Shown piece by piece: positions 39,983 to 54,100 of a DNA stretch of 64,000 nt (position 1 is the first letter of the stretch; every line of letters starts with the position of its first letter). The stretch is from positions 25,422,001-25,486,000 of the forward strand of contig NC_086097.1 in the NCBI RefSeq assembly GCF_963921235.1. The letters are read 5' to 3'. The DNA is from Mobula hypostoma. Lineage: Eukaryota. Under the pieces are notes generated by a model that ran no database searches, was not told where the DNA came from, and was given only the letters and a program-made list of their open reading frames with translations. A program made the translations under genes and the position numbers.

Positions 39983-40984
39983 CTTTAATGCACTGATGGT
40001 ATTTTCTAGTTTATCCTGTTCTTCTTGAACTTGCTTAAGTACTTCCTGCATTTTCTTCTCATGCTTATTTCTTAGACTCTGCATCTCTGATTTGACATCC
40101 GCAAGTTCCTTTTTGTGAGCATCCTTCTCCAACTTCAGCTGGTTGCTGAAGGAATCAATCTCTTCCCGGGCCAGGGTATGCCTCACTTGGGATTCTGAGA
40201 GTCTCTTCTTAATCTCCTTCTTAGAGCTCTCTTCTTGAGTCAGTTTAGCACTGAGCTCAGATCGAATGGTATTCAGCTCGGTGATTGTTTGCTGCATTTC
40301 CAAGAGCTTCTCCTGGCCTCTCTCATGCTGATCCTTCAGCATCATCAGTTCCTCCACGAGCTGCTGCTTCTCCTCTTTGGCCTTAGTGTGCAACATGCAC
40401 TCCTCATGCACGTCGGCACCCAGCTTGCGTACACACTCCCTGGCATCCCGCAGTTCACCGTCCAGGTGCAGCAGCCTCGACTTCAGCTCATTGAGCTCCA
40501 CGTCCTTCCTTCGGATGTCCTCTTCCTGCTGCACTCGTTTCAAGATGATATCATTGAGCTCCCTACGGAGGCTCTCCATCTGCTGCAAGGAGGCATCGTG
40601 TTGCCCCTGGAGCGCATCTTTCTCTTTACTCACACGGTTATGCTGTTCCATCCACTGATCGACAGCCTCCTTCTGCCTCTCCACGTCACGCTCCAATTTC
40701 TTGCATTTCACTTTCCACTGTCTGATGGACTCCTGAGCCTTTATCTTCAATTCATCCCTCCTCTTTTCACTCTCCTGTCGAAGGAGTTCGACCTCTTTCC
40801 ACTGAGTCCTGAATCTTTCAGCCTCTTCATTAGACTCTTTTAATTGACGGGATAAGTCCGCAATTTCCAAACCTGTAGATTTACGATCTTGCATGCAGTC
40901 TTCATAACATTTCTGGATTTCTTGAAGTTGGTTCAACATCCTCAGCTGTTGTTTCTCTCTCTTCGCCAGGTCTGAGCTGAGAAC
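39983..40984 (-). CDS. CEP128: CEP128 (centrosomal protein 128 kDa) large internal coiled-coil coding exon, 1002 nt, phase 0-0
   Basis: Stop-free frame inside ORF 39917-40999. Acceptor ttttttgttgtgtccaaAG|GTTCTC, donor TTAAAG|GTaagg. Peptide ...KRRDELKIKAQESIRQWKVKCKKLERDVERQ...QLKLEKDAHKKEL...ENTISALK matches my recollection of vertebrate CEP128 (LKAQESIRQWKLKHKKLER). Confidence 0.92.
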
Positions 40985-41084
40985 CTTTGGACACAACAAA
41001 AAAATGTCATCAGTATACTGCTTCCAGCTGGCAGCAACTCATAGCAACTACCCATTCAGGCATCTGAATATCCGTGATGAAATA

Positions 41085-41715
41085 TTTTAAGGATCAGCTA
41101 GAAGGACAGACGCACCAACACCAGCATGTTGGAGGAGGCCAACATAAACAGCATATCCAAGTGTGATAGGTCATATACTTGTGATGCCCAACTCGGTCTT
41201 CCCAAACAGATCCTTTACTCTCAGTTGAAGGTATATCAGTGAGCCTCTAGTGGGCAAAGGAAATGCCTCAAAGTTGACATCAAAATCAACCTGAAGAAAT
41301 TCAATATTATATCTAAAAACGAAGAAGCCATTGCACTCAATGGATACACCTGGAAGAAATCTGTTCAAGGGGGAACGGTGCTATATGAGAACAACCTCCA
41401 CTGTGCTGCAGAGAACAAGCGGAAGCTGCGAAAGAAGAAATGGACAACCACTACAGCTGCCACCACTCACTTGTGCCCAGACTGCACCAGAATATGTGGA
41501 TCCTGGATTGCCCTCTACAGCTACCTGAGGATCCACCGATAGACAATCTCTTAGGAGAACATCATACTTGACTCAAGTGATCACATTTTAGCCTCTGGTG
41601 GGCAAAGGAAACACTTCAGAGTTAACTTCAAAATCAGCCTGAAGAAGCTCGACTTGTTATTTAAAAACTGTGAAAACGTTGCACTGGACAGATACACTTG
41701 GAGGAAATCTGGTCC
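41085..41715 (+). mobile_element. RTE-like LINE 3' fragment with C-terminal Cys motif, followed by a partial second copy
   Basis: LPKQILYSQL, GQRK..K..K.NLKK, CPDCTRICGS remnants; 41590-41710 repeats 41245-41365. Confidence 0.68.
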
Positions 41716-42484
41716 TCCAGCCAGAGGAACCGATTTTAGCAAGTAACTACCCGGGCTCTACAATGGGTTGATAAAACTGCCCAACTCATCATCAGCACCA
41801 GCCTACCCCCATCAAGGACATAAAAAACAGAAGGTGCCAGAAACAGCCAGTATTATCTTGAAGGATCCTACCCATAGTGCTTATGGAATGTTTGTCCTTC
41901 TCCCATCTGGGAAAAGGCAACGCAGCATCCATGGCAGGATGACCAGACTCAAAAACAGTTACTTCCCCCAAGCCGTCCAGCTGATCAACACCTTCCTATC
42001 TTTTGTATTTATAATTCTTGTACTCTTTAAGCTTATTATGTTTTTTATGTTACAACGGATCCAGAGTAACAATCCTTTCGTTCTCCTTTAAGCTTGTGTA
42101 CTGATGAACGACAAACAATCTTGAATCTGGAATGCCAAAGTGGAATTCCACTTAAATAGAAAATAAGAAATCTGAAATCTTTAAATCCACATATTGCAGT
42201 TACTAGAGGAGAAGCAATAAAGCAACTTTAATGAAAACAATCATTCCTTTACGAGCAGTGCCTTTGCTGTTTGACAATGGTCCGGTTTGATCCTCGGCAT
42301 AACATTCGAACCACAGCTTGACAAAGTGATCACCAATGAGGTGTCAAGCATTCCCAGCTGAGGACTGGGATACAAAAGTGCTATAGTTAAATTACAGGAC
42401 CAACAGCCAGAGTTCTGGACCAGAGATCATCAATTCAAACCTATGGGTTCAAATCCCACCATTGCTGCAGTATTTACAATCACC

Positions 42485-44830
42485 ATAGGATCATAAGACA
42501 TTGGAGCAGAATTATGCCATTTGGACCATTGACTCTGCTCCACCATTCAATCATGGCCGATCCTTTCTCCAGCCCCACCCAACGGCCTTCTCCCTGTAAC
42601 CTTTGATATCATGTCCGATCAAGAACCGATCAAGCTCTGCCTTACATACGCCCAACGACCTGGCCTCCATAGCTGCCTGTGGTAATAAATTCCACATATT
42701 CACAACCCTCTGGCTAAAATAATTTCTCCGCATCTCTGTTTTAAATGGACGCTATCCTGAGGCTGTGCCCTCTTTCCTAGACACCCCCACCATGGGAAAC
42801 TTCCTTTCCACATCTACTCTGTCTAGGCCTTACAACATTCGAAAGGTTTCAATGAGATTCCCCCCTCATCCTTCTAAATTCCAGCGAGTACAGATCCAGA
42901 GCTATCAGACGTTCTTTGTATGATAACCCTTTCATTCCAGAAATCGTTCTTGTGAATCTCCTCTCCAATGCCAACATATCTTTTCTGAGATGAGGATCCC
43001 AAAACTGTTCACAATACTAAAGGTGAGGCCTAACCAGTGCCTTATAAAGCCTCAGCATCACATCCTGCTCTTTCATTCCTAGAATCATCCTTGTGAGCCT
43101 CTTCTGAACCATCTCTAATGCCAGCACATCTTTTCTTAGATAAGGAGCCTACGTAAGGCCTCAACAGTGCCTTATAAGGCCACAGCAACACATCCCTGCT
43201 CTTGTATTCTAGACCTATTGAAATGAATGCTAACATTACATTTGCCTTCCTCACCATCGCCTCCACCTGCAAGTTAACCTTCAGGGTATTCTGTACAAGG
43301 AATCCCAAGTCCATTTGTATCTCAGAATTTTAGATTTTCTCCCCATTTCGAAAATAGTCTGCACATTAATTTCTACTACCAAAGTGCATGACCATGCATT
43401 TTCCAACATTGTATTTCATTTGCCACTTCCTTGCCCATTCTCCTAATCTGTCTAAATCCTTCTGCATCCTACCTGTTTCCTCAACACTACCTGACCCACC
43501 ACCAATATTTGTATCATCTGCAAACCTGGCAACAAAGCCATCTATTCCATCATCTAAAACATTTACATACAGCATAAAAGGAAGTGGTCCCAACACCGAC
43601 CCCTGCGGAACACTACTAGTCACTGGAAGCCAACCAGAAAAGGATCCTTTTATTCCCACTTGCTGCCTCCTACCAATCAGCCAATGCTCTAACCATGTTA
43701 GTAACCTTCCTGTAATACCATGGGCTCTTAACTTAGTAAGCAGCCCCATATGTAGCACCTTGTCAAAGGCCTTCTGAGAGTCTAATTATACAACATCCAC
43801 TGCATCCCCTTTATCTATCCTACTTGTAATCTCCACAAAGAATTCCAACAAGTTCGTCACGCAAGATTTTCCCTTAAGGGGAACATAATTTTGTTTTATC
43901 TTGTGCTGTGTCACCAAGTACTCCTTAACCTCATCCTTAACAATTGACTCCAACATTTTCACAACCACTGAGGTCAGGCTAACTGGTCTATAATTTCCTT
44001 TTTGCTGCCTTCCTCCTTTCTTAAAGAGAGGAGTGAAATTTGCAATTTTACAGTCCTCTGGCACCATGCCAGAGCCCAATGATTTTTGACAGATCATTAC
44101 TAATGCCTCCACGATCTTTACCACTAACTCTTTCAGAACTATAGGGTGCAGTTCATCTGGTCTGGGTGACTAATGTACCCTTAGGTCTTTCAGCTTTTTG
44201 AGCACCTTCTCCCTTGTACTAGTAACTGCACTCTCTTCTCTTCCCTGGCACCCTTCAAAATCTGGCACACTGCTAGTGCTTCCACAGTGAAGACTGATGC
44301 AAAATACTAATTTAAGCCATCTGCCATCTCCTTGGCCCCCGTTATTATTTCTTCCAGCCTCATTTTCTGGTGGTCCTACATCCACTCTCATCTCTCAAAT
44401 ATGTAAAAAAAATAAAAGAAAAAGCTTTTACTGTCCACTTTGATAGTGTTTGCTAGCTTGCTTTCATATTTCACCTTTTTCCTCCTAATGATTCTTTTAG
44501 TTGCTCTCTGCAGTATTTTAAAAACTTCCCAATCCTCTGTCTTCCCACTAATTCTTGCTTAGTTGTGTGCCCTCTTTTGCTTTTACATTAGTTTTGGCTT
44601 CCCTCGTCAGCCACAGATGTACTATTTTGCATTTAAGTATTTCTTCATTTTTGCAATACATCTATCCTACACCTTCTTCAATTTTCCCAGAAACTTATGC
44701 CATTGCTGCTCTAGTGTCATCCCTGCCAGGATCTCCTTCCAATTTCCTTTGGCCAGCTCTTCTCTCATACCACTATAACTTCCTTTACTCCACTGAAATA
44801 TTGCTAAGTCAGACATTGCTTTCTCCCTAC
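42485..44830 (-). mobile_element. Decayed CR1 ORF2 3' two-thirds with internal ~140-bp tandem duplication
   Basis: ORFs 43786-44124, 43366-43758 (VPQGSVLGP, RFADD) and 42551-42733. Segments ~42930-43070 and ~43072-43200 are diverged duplicates. Confidence 0.88.
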
Positions 44831-44909
44831 CACATAGATTTTTTTAAAAAGCTTGTCTCAGTAATTACAACTATACTGTACTGTCATAAAACTCCTTTTG
44901 GTTCGCTAA

Positions 44910-46755
44910 CAAGAGAAAATCTGCAGATGCTGGAAATCCAAGCAACACACACAAAATGCAGGAGGAACTCAGCAGGCCAGCCAGCACAGTCGATGTTTCA
45001 GGCCGAGCCCCTTCAGCAGGACTGGAGAAAAAAGGATGAGGAGTCGAGCTAAAAGGTGGGGTGAGGGAAGGGAAAATCATGGGAAGGGGAGGGGTGAAGT
45101 AAAGAGCTGGGAAAGTGATAGGTGAAAGAGAAATAAGGCTGGCGAAGGGGGAATCCAATAGGAGAAGACAGAAGGCCACAGAAAAAGAAAAGCGGTGGAG
45201 GAGCACCAGAGGGAGGCGATGGCCAGGCAAGGCGATAAGGTGAGAGAGGGGAAAGGGGATGGGGAATGGTGAAAGCAGGGGCGAGCCATTACCGGAAGTT
45301 TGAGAAATCAATGTTCATGCCAGCAAGTTGGAGGATACCCAGACAGAATATAAGGCATTGTTCCTCAAACCTGAGTGTGGCTTCATCGCGACAGTAGAGG
45401 AGGCCATGGATAGACATATCGGAATGGGAATGGGAAGTGGAATTAGAATGGGTGACCACTGGGATATCCCGCTTTTTCCAGCGGGTGGAGCATAGGTGCT
45501 CAGCAAAGTGGTCTCCCAATCTATGCCGGCTGTCACCGGGAGCACCAGACACAGTGCTCTCAATTCTCTCAGTTCTTCCGTCTCCACTGCATCTGCTCTC
45601 ATGATGAGGTTTTTCATTCCATAACGAAGAAGGTGTCCTCCTTTTTCAAAGAAGGTGGCTTCCCTTCCTCCACCATCAATGCTGCCCTCAAATACATCTC
45701 TTCCATTTCACACGTCTGCTTTTACCCCATCCTCCCGCCACCCTACCAGTGATAGGGTTCCTCTTGTCCTCACCTACCACCCCACCAGCCTCCGCGTCCA
45801 GCACATAATTCTCCGGAAATTCCACCATCCCCTATGGGATTCCACCACCAAGCACACCTTCCCCCCACTCCCACCACCTCCCCACTTTCTGCTTTCCACA
45901 GGGATTGCTCTCTATACAACTCCCTTGTCCATTCATCCATCCACACTGATCTCCCTCTAGGCATTTATTCTTGCAAGCAGAACAAGTGCTACATCTGCCC
46001 CTACACTTCCTCCCTTACTACCATTCAGGGCCCCAAACAGTCCTTCCAGATGTGGCTACACTTCATCTGTGAGTCTATTGGGTCATATACTGTGTCCGGT
46101 GCTCCCGATGTGGCCTCCTGCATATTGGTGAGATCTAATGTAGATTGGGAGACAGCTTCACTGAGCACCTACATTCTGTCCAGCAGAAAAAGAGTGATCC
46201 CCCAGTGACAACCCATTTTAATTCCACTTCCCAATCCCATTCCCACTCTGATATGTCTATCCATGGCCTCCTCTATTGTCGCGATGAGGCGACACTCAGG
46301 TTGGAGGAACAACACCTTATATTTCATCTGGGTAGCCTTCAACCCGATGGCATGAATATTGATTTCTCAAACTTCTGGTAATGGCCCCACTGCCACCTTC
46401 ACCATTTCCCATCCCCTTTTCCCTCTCTCATCTTATCTTCTTGCCTGGCCATCGCCTTCCTCTGCTGCTCCTGCCCACCTTTTCTTTCTTCCATGGCCTT
46501 CTGTCCTCTCCTATTCGATTCCTCTTCTCCAGCCTCGTATCTCTTTCACCAACAACCTCTGAGTTCTTTACTTCACCCCTCCTCCTCCTCCCGGTTTCAC
46601 CAATCACCTTGTGTTTCTTCCTCACCTCCTCTCACCTTTTAACTCTACTCCTCATCTATTTTTGTCCAGTTCTGCTGAAGGGTCTCGGCCTGAAACATCA
46701 GCTGTACTCTTTGCCATGGGTGCCACCTGGCTTGCTGAGTTCCTCCAGCATTTTG
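44910..46755. mobile_element. Penelope-like element: minus-strand arm 44910-45555 fused head-to-head to a longer plus-strand copy 45556-46755
   Basis: GIY-YIG C-terminal fragments on both strands (ORFs 45289-45552 -, 46145-46381 +). Linker motifs SQFFRL..ICS, RVPLVLTYHP, C..NKCYICP. TSD TTTGGTTC(G/A)CTAA at 44897-44909 and 46756-46768. Confidence 0.87.
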
Positions 46756-48153
46756 TTTGGTTCACTAATTTCCTTTGAGAAGGGAAATCAGCTATCCTTC
46801 TCTAGTCTGGACAATGTGTGATCAATGTGTTTGAAACCTATCGAATATTGGAAGACCTAAACGTGGAGAGGATGTTTCCAACAGTGGGACAGTCTAGGAC
46901 CAGAGTGCACAGCCTCAGAACACAAGACATCCCTTTCAAACAGAGATAAGGAGGAATTTCTTTAATCAGAGTGTACTGAATCTGTGAAATTCATTGCCAC
47001 AGGAGACTGTGGAGCCAAGTCACTGGGTATATTTAAAGTGAAGGTTAATCGGTTCTTGATTAGTAAGGGCATCTAATGTCACGGGAAGAAGGCAGGAGAA
47101 TGGGGTTGAGAGGGAAAACTAAATCAGCCATGATAAAATGGTGGAATAGACTCAATGAGCCAAATAGCCCAATTATATTCCTGTGTCTTATGGTCAATGA
47201 ACTGTTTCCCCAGTTCAGGGCAAATTAGAAACAGTCAATAGGCATCAGTATTGGTATTCACGTTGTTTTGAATTTATAATTTGCACCATTTGTTCCCCAT
47301 TGTATCTTGGATGTTTGTCAGAATTTGTTAAGTATAGTTTTTCATAAATTCTGTTCTCTTTATTTCCCTGTAAATCCCAGCAAGTAAATGAATCTCAAGA
47401 TAGTACATGGTAACATATAGATAGATAGATAGATATACTTTATACATATATGTACTTTGATAGTAAATTTACTTTGAACTTTGATCCTGTGAATGAATAA
47501 ATTAGCAATTGACTACGGTATGAAATGTGAGTAAGAGGAGGAATAATATGATGGCTTCAGCATTTGCATTCTGAAGGTAACTGTGTGCAGAAGATCATAC
47601 TCAATCTCTGAGGCTGTCTGATCAAACTACATTTATTTCTGGAGGCCCAACAAGTTAATTATTTAACTTCTATTATTAGAATTTGTAGAAGTTGGACATA
47701 AAAGAATAGTTATATGGAGGACTAACAAGACACTCACAGTGAAAGTCAAAGTTGAGCTTGTTGTCATATGCATAAGCACACGTATGAAAACCTTAACTTG
47801 CAGCAGTATCAAAGACACGCAACGACAGATACACAACATCCGCAAGAAAAACAAATTAACAAATTATAAAAGAATGAAAACAAATAAAACAAAAAAGTCC
47901 ATTGTAGTCCATTCCAGTGGCCCAATCAGCAGCAGGAGCAGGCTACAGCAACAAAGTTTCTTGCAAGTCAGTGATGCTTATTTAAAAGTACAGAAGGGAC
48001 AAGCGGGGCAGCCGTTGTTGGGAGTAGGCCAGTGGTGAGAGTGTCAGGCTTTGGCTCAAAGGAGGCTTCAGCTCAAAAGAGGCGTTAGCTCTGGGTAAGC
48101 TTCTATTAAGGTTCCCTTTTTTTCTCTCTTACTGTACCTAGTGTAGCAAATGG

Positions 48154-51100
48154 GATAAAAGAGGCACGACTGCGCAGGCACGTGACCTCAGAGCACGGAA
48201 GGCTTAAAAAGGGAAGCAATCTTCAACATTCTTTATCCGATTCACAGCAAGCAGGCAGCGGAGTAAGTTGCTGTTTTTCGGGAGAAAATTCAGATTTTTT
48301 TTAACTACTTGGGATAAAAGAGGCACGACTGTGCAGGCGCGTGACCTCAGAGCGCGCAAGGCTTAAAAAGAACACCGCCATATCAAGCAGGCAGCGTCGG
48401 AGCTGGCAACGGAGTGAGAGGGTGCAGGGTGATAGGGCTTTGGCTCAATGGGCTTAGGCGGAAACAGGAAGAGACTTCCTGCGACCAATGAGTCTCATAG
48501 TAAAGGGGTAGGTTACAGGTTTATTTATTTAGTAATAACAGTAGCATTAGAGGTATGCATCTAGGATTAGTGTTGTGCATGGAGTGCCAGATATGGGGAC
48601 ACTGGGAGACTCCCAGCCTCCCCAAGGATTACATCTGCACCAGGTCCATTGAGATGAGGCTCCTTAAGGACCATGTTAGTGATCTGGAGCTGCAACTTGA
48701 TGACCTTCAGCTAATTAGGGAAAGTGAGGAGGTGATTGATTATACCTATATAGAGATAGTGGACAGCATCTCTGTGACAGTCCGCCTCAGAAATCGATAT
48801 ATCGTTTTAGATACTGTTGGAGAGGTTGACCTGACAGGAAGACCACAGCGAACGGGACTCTGGCACTCTGCCCAGTGCCGTGATCAAGAGAACAAGGAAA
48901 AATGCAGTAGTTACAGGGGATTCTATAATGAGAGGAACAGAGAAGAGATTCTGCGAGCTGGACAAGAATACCCTGATGGTGTGTTGCCTCCCTGGTGCCA
49001 GGGTACGGGATGTCTCAGATCGGGTCCAGAGTATTCTGAGGAGAGAGGGCGAGCAGCCAGAAGTCTTGGTACGTGTTGGTACCAATGACATAGACAGAAA
49101 AAGAGAGGAGGTCCTGAAGGAAGATTACTGGGAACTAGGAAGAAAATTGAAAAGCTGGACCTCCAGAGTAATAATCTCAGGATTACTGCCTGAGCCACGC
49201 GCTAATGAAGGTAAGAATAGCAGAATTAAGCAGATGAATGTGTGGCTAAGTAACTGGTGCAGGGGGCAGGGCTTCAAATTTTTGGATCATTGGGATCTAT
49301 TTTAGAATACAGAACACAGAACATAGAATAGTACAGCACATTACAGGCCCCTCGGCCCACAATGTTGTGCCGACCCTCAAACCCTGCCTCCCATATAACC
49401 GCCCACCTTAAATTCCTCCATATACCTGTCTAGTAGTCTCTTAAACTTTACTAGTGTATCTGCCTCCACCACCGACTCAGGCAGTGCATTCCACGCACCA
49501 ACCATTCTCTGAGTAAAAAACCTTCCTCTAATAACCCCTTGAACTTCCCACCCCTTACACTTCCCACCCCTTACCTTAAAGCCATGCTCTCCTGTATTGA
49601 GCAGTGGTGCCCTGGGGAAGAGGCGCTGGCTATCCACTCTACCTATTCCTCTTAGTATCTTGTACACCTCTATCATGTCTCCCTCATCCTCCTTCTCTCC
49701 AAAGAGTAAAGCCCTAGCTCCCTTAATCTCTGATCATAATGCATACTCTCTAAACCAGGCAGCATCCTGGTAAATCTCCTCTGTACCCTTTCCAATGCTT
49801 CCACATCCTTCCTATAGTGAGGCGACCAGAGCTGGACACAGTACCCAAGCGTGGCCTAACCAGAGTTTTATAGAGCTGCATCATTACATCACAAGTCTTA
49901 AATTCTATCCCTCAACTTATGAAAGCCAACACCCCATAAGCTTTCTTAACTACCCTATCTACTTGTGAGGCAACTTTCAGGGACCTGTGGACATGTACCC
50001 CCAGATCCCTCTGCTCCTCCACACTACCAAGTATCCTGCCATTTACTTTGTACTCTGCCTTGGAGTTTGTCCTTCCAATGTGTACCACCTCACACTTCTC
50101 TGGGTTGAACTCCATCTGCCACTTCTCAGCCCACTTCTGCATCCTACCAATGTCTCTCTGCAATCCTCGACAATCCTCTACACTATCTACAACACCACCA
50201 ACCTTTGTGTCGTCTGCAAACTTGCCAACCCACCCTTCTACCTCCACATCCAGGTCGTTAATAAAAATCACGAAAAGTAAAGGTCCCAGAACAGATCCAT
50301 GTGGGACACCATTAGTCACAACCCTCCAATCTGAATGTACTCCCTCCACCACGACCCTCTGCCTCCTGCAGGCAAGCCAATTCTGAATCCACCTGGCCAA
50401 ACTTCCCTGGATCCCATGCCTTCCGACTTTCTGAATAAGCCTACCATGTGGAACCTTGTCAGATGCCTTACTGAAATCCATGTAGATTACATCCACTGCA
50501 CTACCCTCATCTATATGCCTGGTCACCTCCTCAAAGAACTCTATCAGGCTTGTTAGACACGATCTGCCCTTCACAAAGCCATGCTGACTGTCCCTGATCA
50601 AACCATGATTCTCTAAATGCCCAGAGATCCTATCTCTAAGAATCTTTTCCAACAGCTTTCCCACCACAGACATTGGTCTATAATTACCCGGACTATCCCT
50701 ACTACCTTTTTTGAACAAGGGGACAACATTCACCTCCCTCCAATCCTCCAGTACCATTCCCATGGACAATGAGGACATAAAGATCCTAGCCAGAGGCTAA
50801 GCAATCTCTTCCCTCACCTCGAGGAGCAGCCTGGGGAATATTCCGTCAGGCCCCGGGGACTTATCCGTCCTAATGTATTTTAACAACCTCAACACCTCCT
50901 CTCCCTTAATATCAACATGCTCCAGAACATCAACCTCACTCATATTGTCCTCACTGTCATCAAGTTCCCTCTCATTGGTGAATACCGAAGAGAAGTATTC
51001 ATTGAGGACCTCACTCACTTTCACAGTCTCCAGGTACATCTTCCCACCTTTATCTCTAATCAGTCCTACCTTCACTCCTGTCATCCTTTTGTTCTTCACA

Positions 51101-54100
51101 TAATAGAAGAATGCCATGGGGTTTTCCTTTACCCTACTCGCCAAGGCCTTCTCATGCCCCCTTCTTGCTCTTCTCAGCCCTTTCTTTAGCTCCTTTCTTG
51201 TTTCCCTAAATTCCTCAGTAGACCCATCTGATCCTTGCTTCCTAAACCTCATGTATGTTGCCTTCTTCCACCTGACTAGATTTTCCACCTCACTTGTCAC
51301 CCATGGTTCCTTCACCCTACCATTCTTTATCTTCCTCACCGGGACAAGTTTATCCCTAACATCCTGCAAAGAGATCTCTAAACATCGACCACATGCCCAT
51401 AGTACATTTCCCTGCAAAAACATCATCCCAATTCACACCCGCAAGTTCTAGCCTTTTAGCCTCATAATTTGCCCTTCCCCAATTTAAGATTTTCCTGTCC
51501 TCTCTGATTCTATCCTTTTCCATGACAATGCTAAAGGCCAGGGAGCAGTGGTCACTGTCCCCCAAATGTTCACCCACTGAGAGATCTCTGACCTGACCCG
51601 GTTCGTTACCTAGTACTAGATCTAATATGGCATTACCCCAGTCGGCCTGTCAACATACTGTGACAGGAATCCGTCCTGGACACACTTAACAAACTCTGCC
51701 CCATCTAAACCCTTGGAACTAATCAGGTGCCAATCAATATTAGGGAAGTTAAAGTCACCCATGATAACAACCCTGTTATTTTTGCACCTTTCCAAAATCT
51801 GCCTCCCAATCTGCTCCTCTGTATCTCTGCTGCTACCAGGGGGCCTATCGAATACCCTCAATAGAGTAACTGTTCCCGTCCTGTTCCTGACTTCCACCCA
51901 TACTGACTCAAAAGAGGATCTTGCTACATTACCCACCCTTTCTGTAGCTGTAATAGTATCCCTGACCAGTAAGGCCACCCCTCCTCCCCTTTTTCTGCCC
52001 TCTCTATCCCTTTTAAAGCACTGACATCCAGGAATATTGAGAATCCATTCCTGCCCTGGTGCCAGCCAAATCTTTGTAATGGCCACTACATCGTAATTCC
52101 ATGTATGTATCCAAGCTCTCAGTTCATCACCTTTGTCCCTGATGCTTCTTGCATTGAGGTACACACACTTTAGCCCTTCGCCTTACTACCTTTACATCCT
52201 TTATTCTGCTTCTCTTTCCTCAAGACCTCTCTATATGTCAGATCTGGCTTTACTCCATGCACTTCTTTCACTGCTCTATCGCTCCGGATCCCATCCCCCT
52301 TGCAAATTAATTTAAACCCTCCTGAACCATGCTAGCAAACCTACCTGCAAGGATATTGCTCCCCCTCGAGTTCAGGTGTAACCCATCCAATCTGTACAGG
52401 TCCCACCTTCCCCAGAAGAGATCCCAATGATCCAAAAATCTAAAACCCTACTCCCTGCACCAACTCCTCAGCCACGCATTCAACTGCCATCTCCTCCAAT
52501 TCTTACCATCACTGTCACATAGCACTGGCAGCAATCCTGAGAACGCCACCCTTGAGGTCCTGTTCTTCAGCCTTCTGCCTAGTTCCCGAAACTCACACTT
52601 CAGGACCTCATCCCTCTTCCTGCCTATGTCGTTGGTACCAACATGTATCACGATTTCTGGTTGCATTCCCTCTCATACCAGGATGTTGTGCACTTGGTCA
52701 GAGACATCCCGGACGGACCCTTTGGGGAGGTATGACTTATACAAAAATGATGGGTTACACCTGAACTCAAAGGGTACTAATATTCTGGTGGGATTGTTTA
52801 ATATAGCTGTTAGGGAGGGTTTAAACTAAGTTGGCAGGGGGAAGAAAACCAAGGTGTTAGGGTCGAGGAAGAGGAAAATAGAAATAAGTCAAGGATACTG
52901 TGCAGCAAAGATGGCAAGAAGGACAGGCAGGTGAATAGATTTGCTGTGATAATTTGCTGTGCAGTAGAAATATAGCAAAATCGGTAATAGATACTGATCT
53001 AAATATACTGTACTTAAATGCACGCAGCATTAGAAATAAAGTGGATGACCTTGTTGTACAGCTACAGGTTAAAAGATATGACATTGTGGCCATCACCAAG
53101 TCACGGCTAAATGATGGATGTGATTGGGAGCTGAATGACCAAGGGTACACAGTGTATAGGAAAGATGGGAAGGTAGGTAAAGGGGGTGGCGTGGCCCTGA
53201 TGGTAAGCAACTATATCAAATCACTAGAAAGAAGGGACATCAGATCAGAAGAGGTAGAATCCTTATGGGTCGAGTTAAGAAATGGCAAGGGTAAAAAGAC
53301 ACTAATAGCAGTTATATACAGGCCTCCAAACAGCAGCCGGGATGTGGACTACAAGTTACAGCTGGAAATAGAAAAAGCGTGTCAGAAGGAAAATATCAAG
53401 ATAATTATGGGGGATTTTAATATGAAAGTGGATTGGGAAAGTCAGGAAGGTACTGGATCTCAGGAGAGGGAGTTTGTAGAATGCCTACGGGATGGCTTTT
53501 TGGAGCAGCTTGTCCATAAGCCCACTAGGGGACCGGCTGTTTTGGATTGGGTGCTGTGTAATGAACCTGAGGTGATTAGAGAGCAGGAGGTAATGGAACC
53601 CCTTGGAAGTAGTGATCATAATATGATTGAGTTCAGTTTCAAATTTGAAAAGGAGAAACTGGTATCAGATATTTCAGTGGAACAAAGGAAATTACAGTGG
53701 TATGAGAGAGGAACTGGCCCAAGTCGATTGGAAAAGTAAGCTAGATGGAGGGACGGTAGACCAGTATTGGATGAATTTCCTACAAGAAATAAGGAAAGTG
53801 CAGGAAAAATATATTCCAAGAAAAAAGAAAATCATGAATGGAAAAATGGCACAAATGTGGCTAACGAGAGAGGTTAAGGCTAAAATAAAAGCAAAAGAGA
53901 AGCAAAAATTAGTGGGAAAACTGAGGACTGTAAGTTAGAAACTTACAGAAGGAAACTAAGAAAGTCATTAGGAAAGAAAAGATGAATTATGAAAGGAAGT
54001 TGACAATTAACATAAAAAAGGATACTAAGAGTAAAAGAGTGACACGGGTAGATATAGGACCGATTGAAAATGATGCTGGAGAAATTATAATGGGTAACAA

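Noticed and set aside
40235..40843. 202-aa plus-strand ORF (and 40377-40658)
   Set aside because: Antisense shadow of the Glu/Gln/Lys-rich CEP128 exon; Leu-rich with no recognisable domain.
39917..40999. 360-aa ORF as a standalone gene
   Set aside because: Its ends run past clear splice sites; it is an internal exon.
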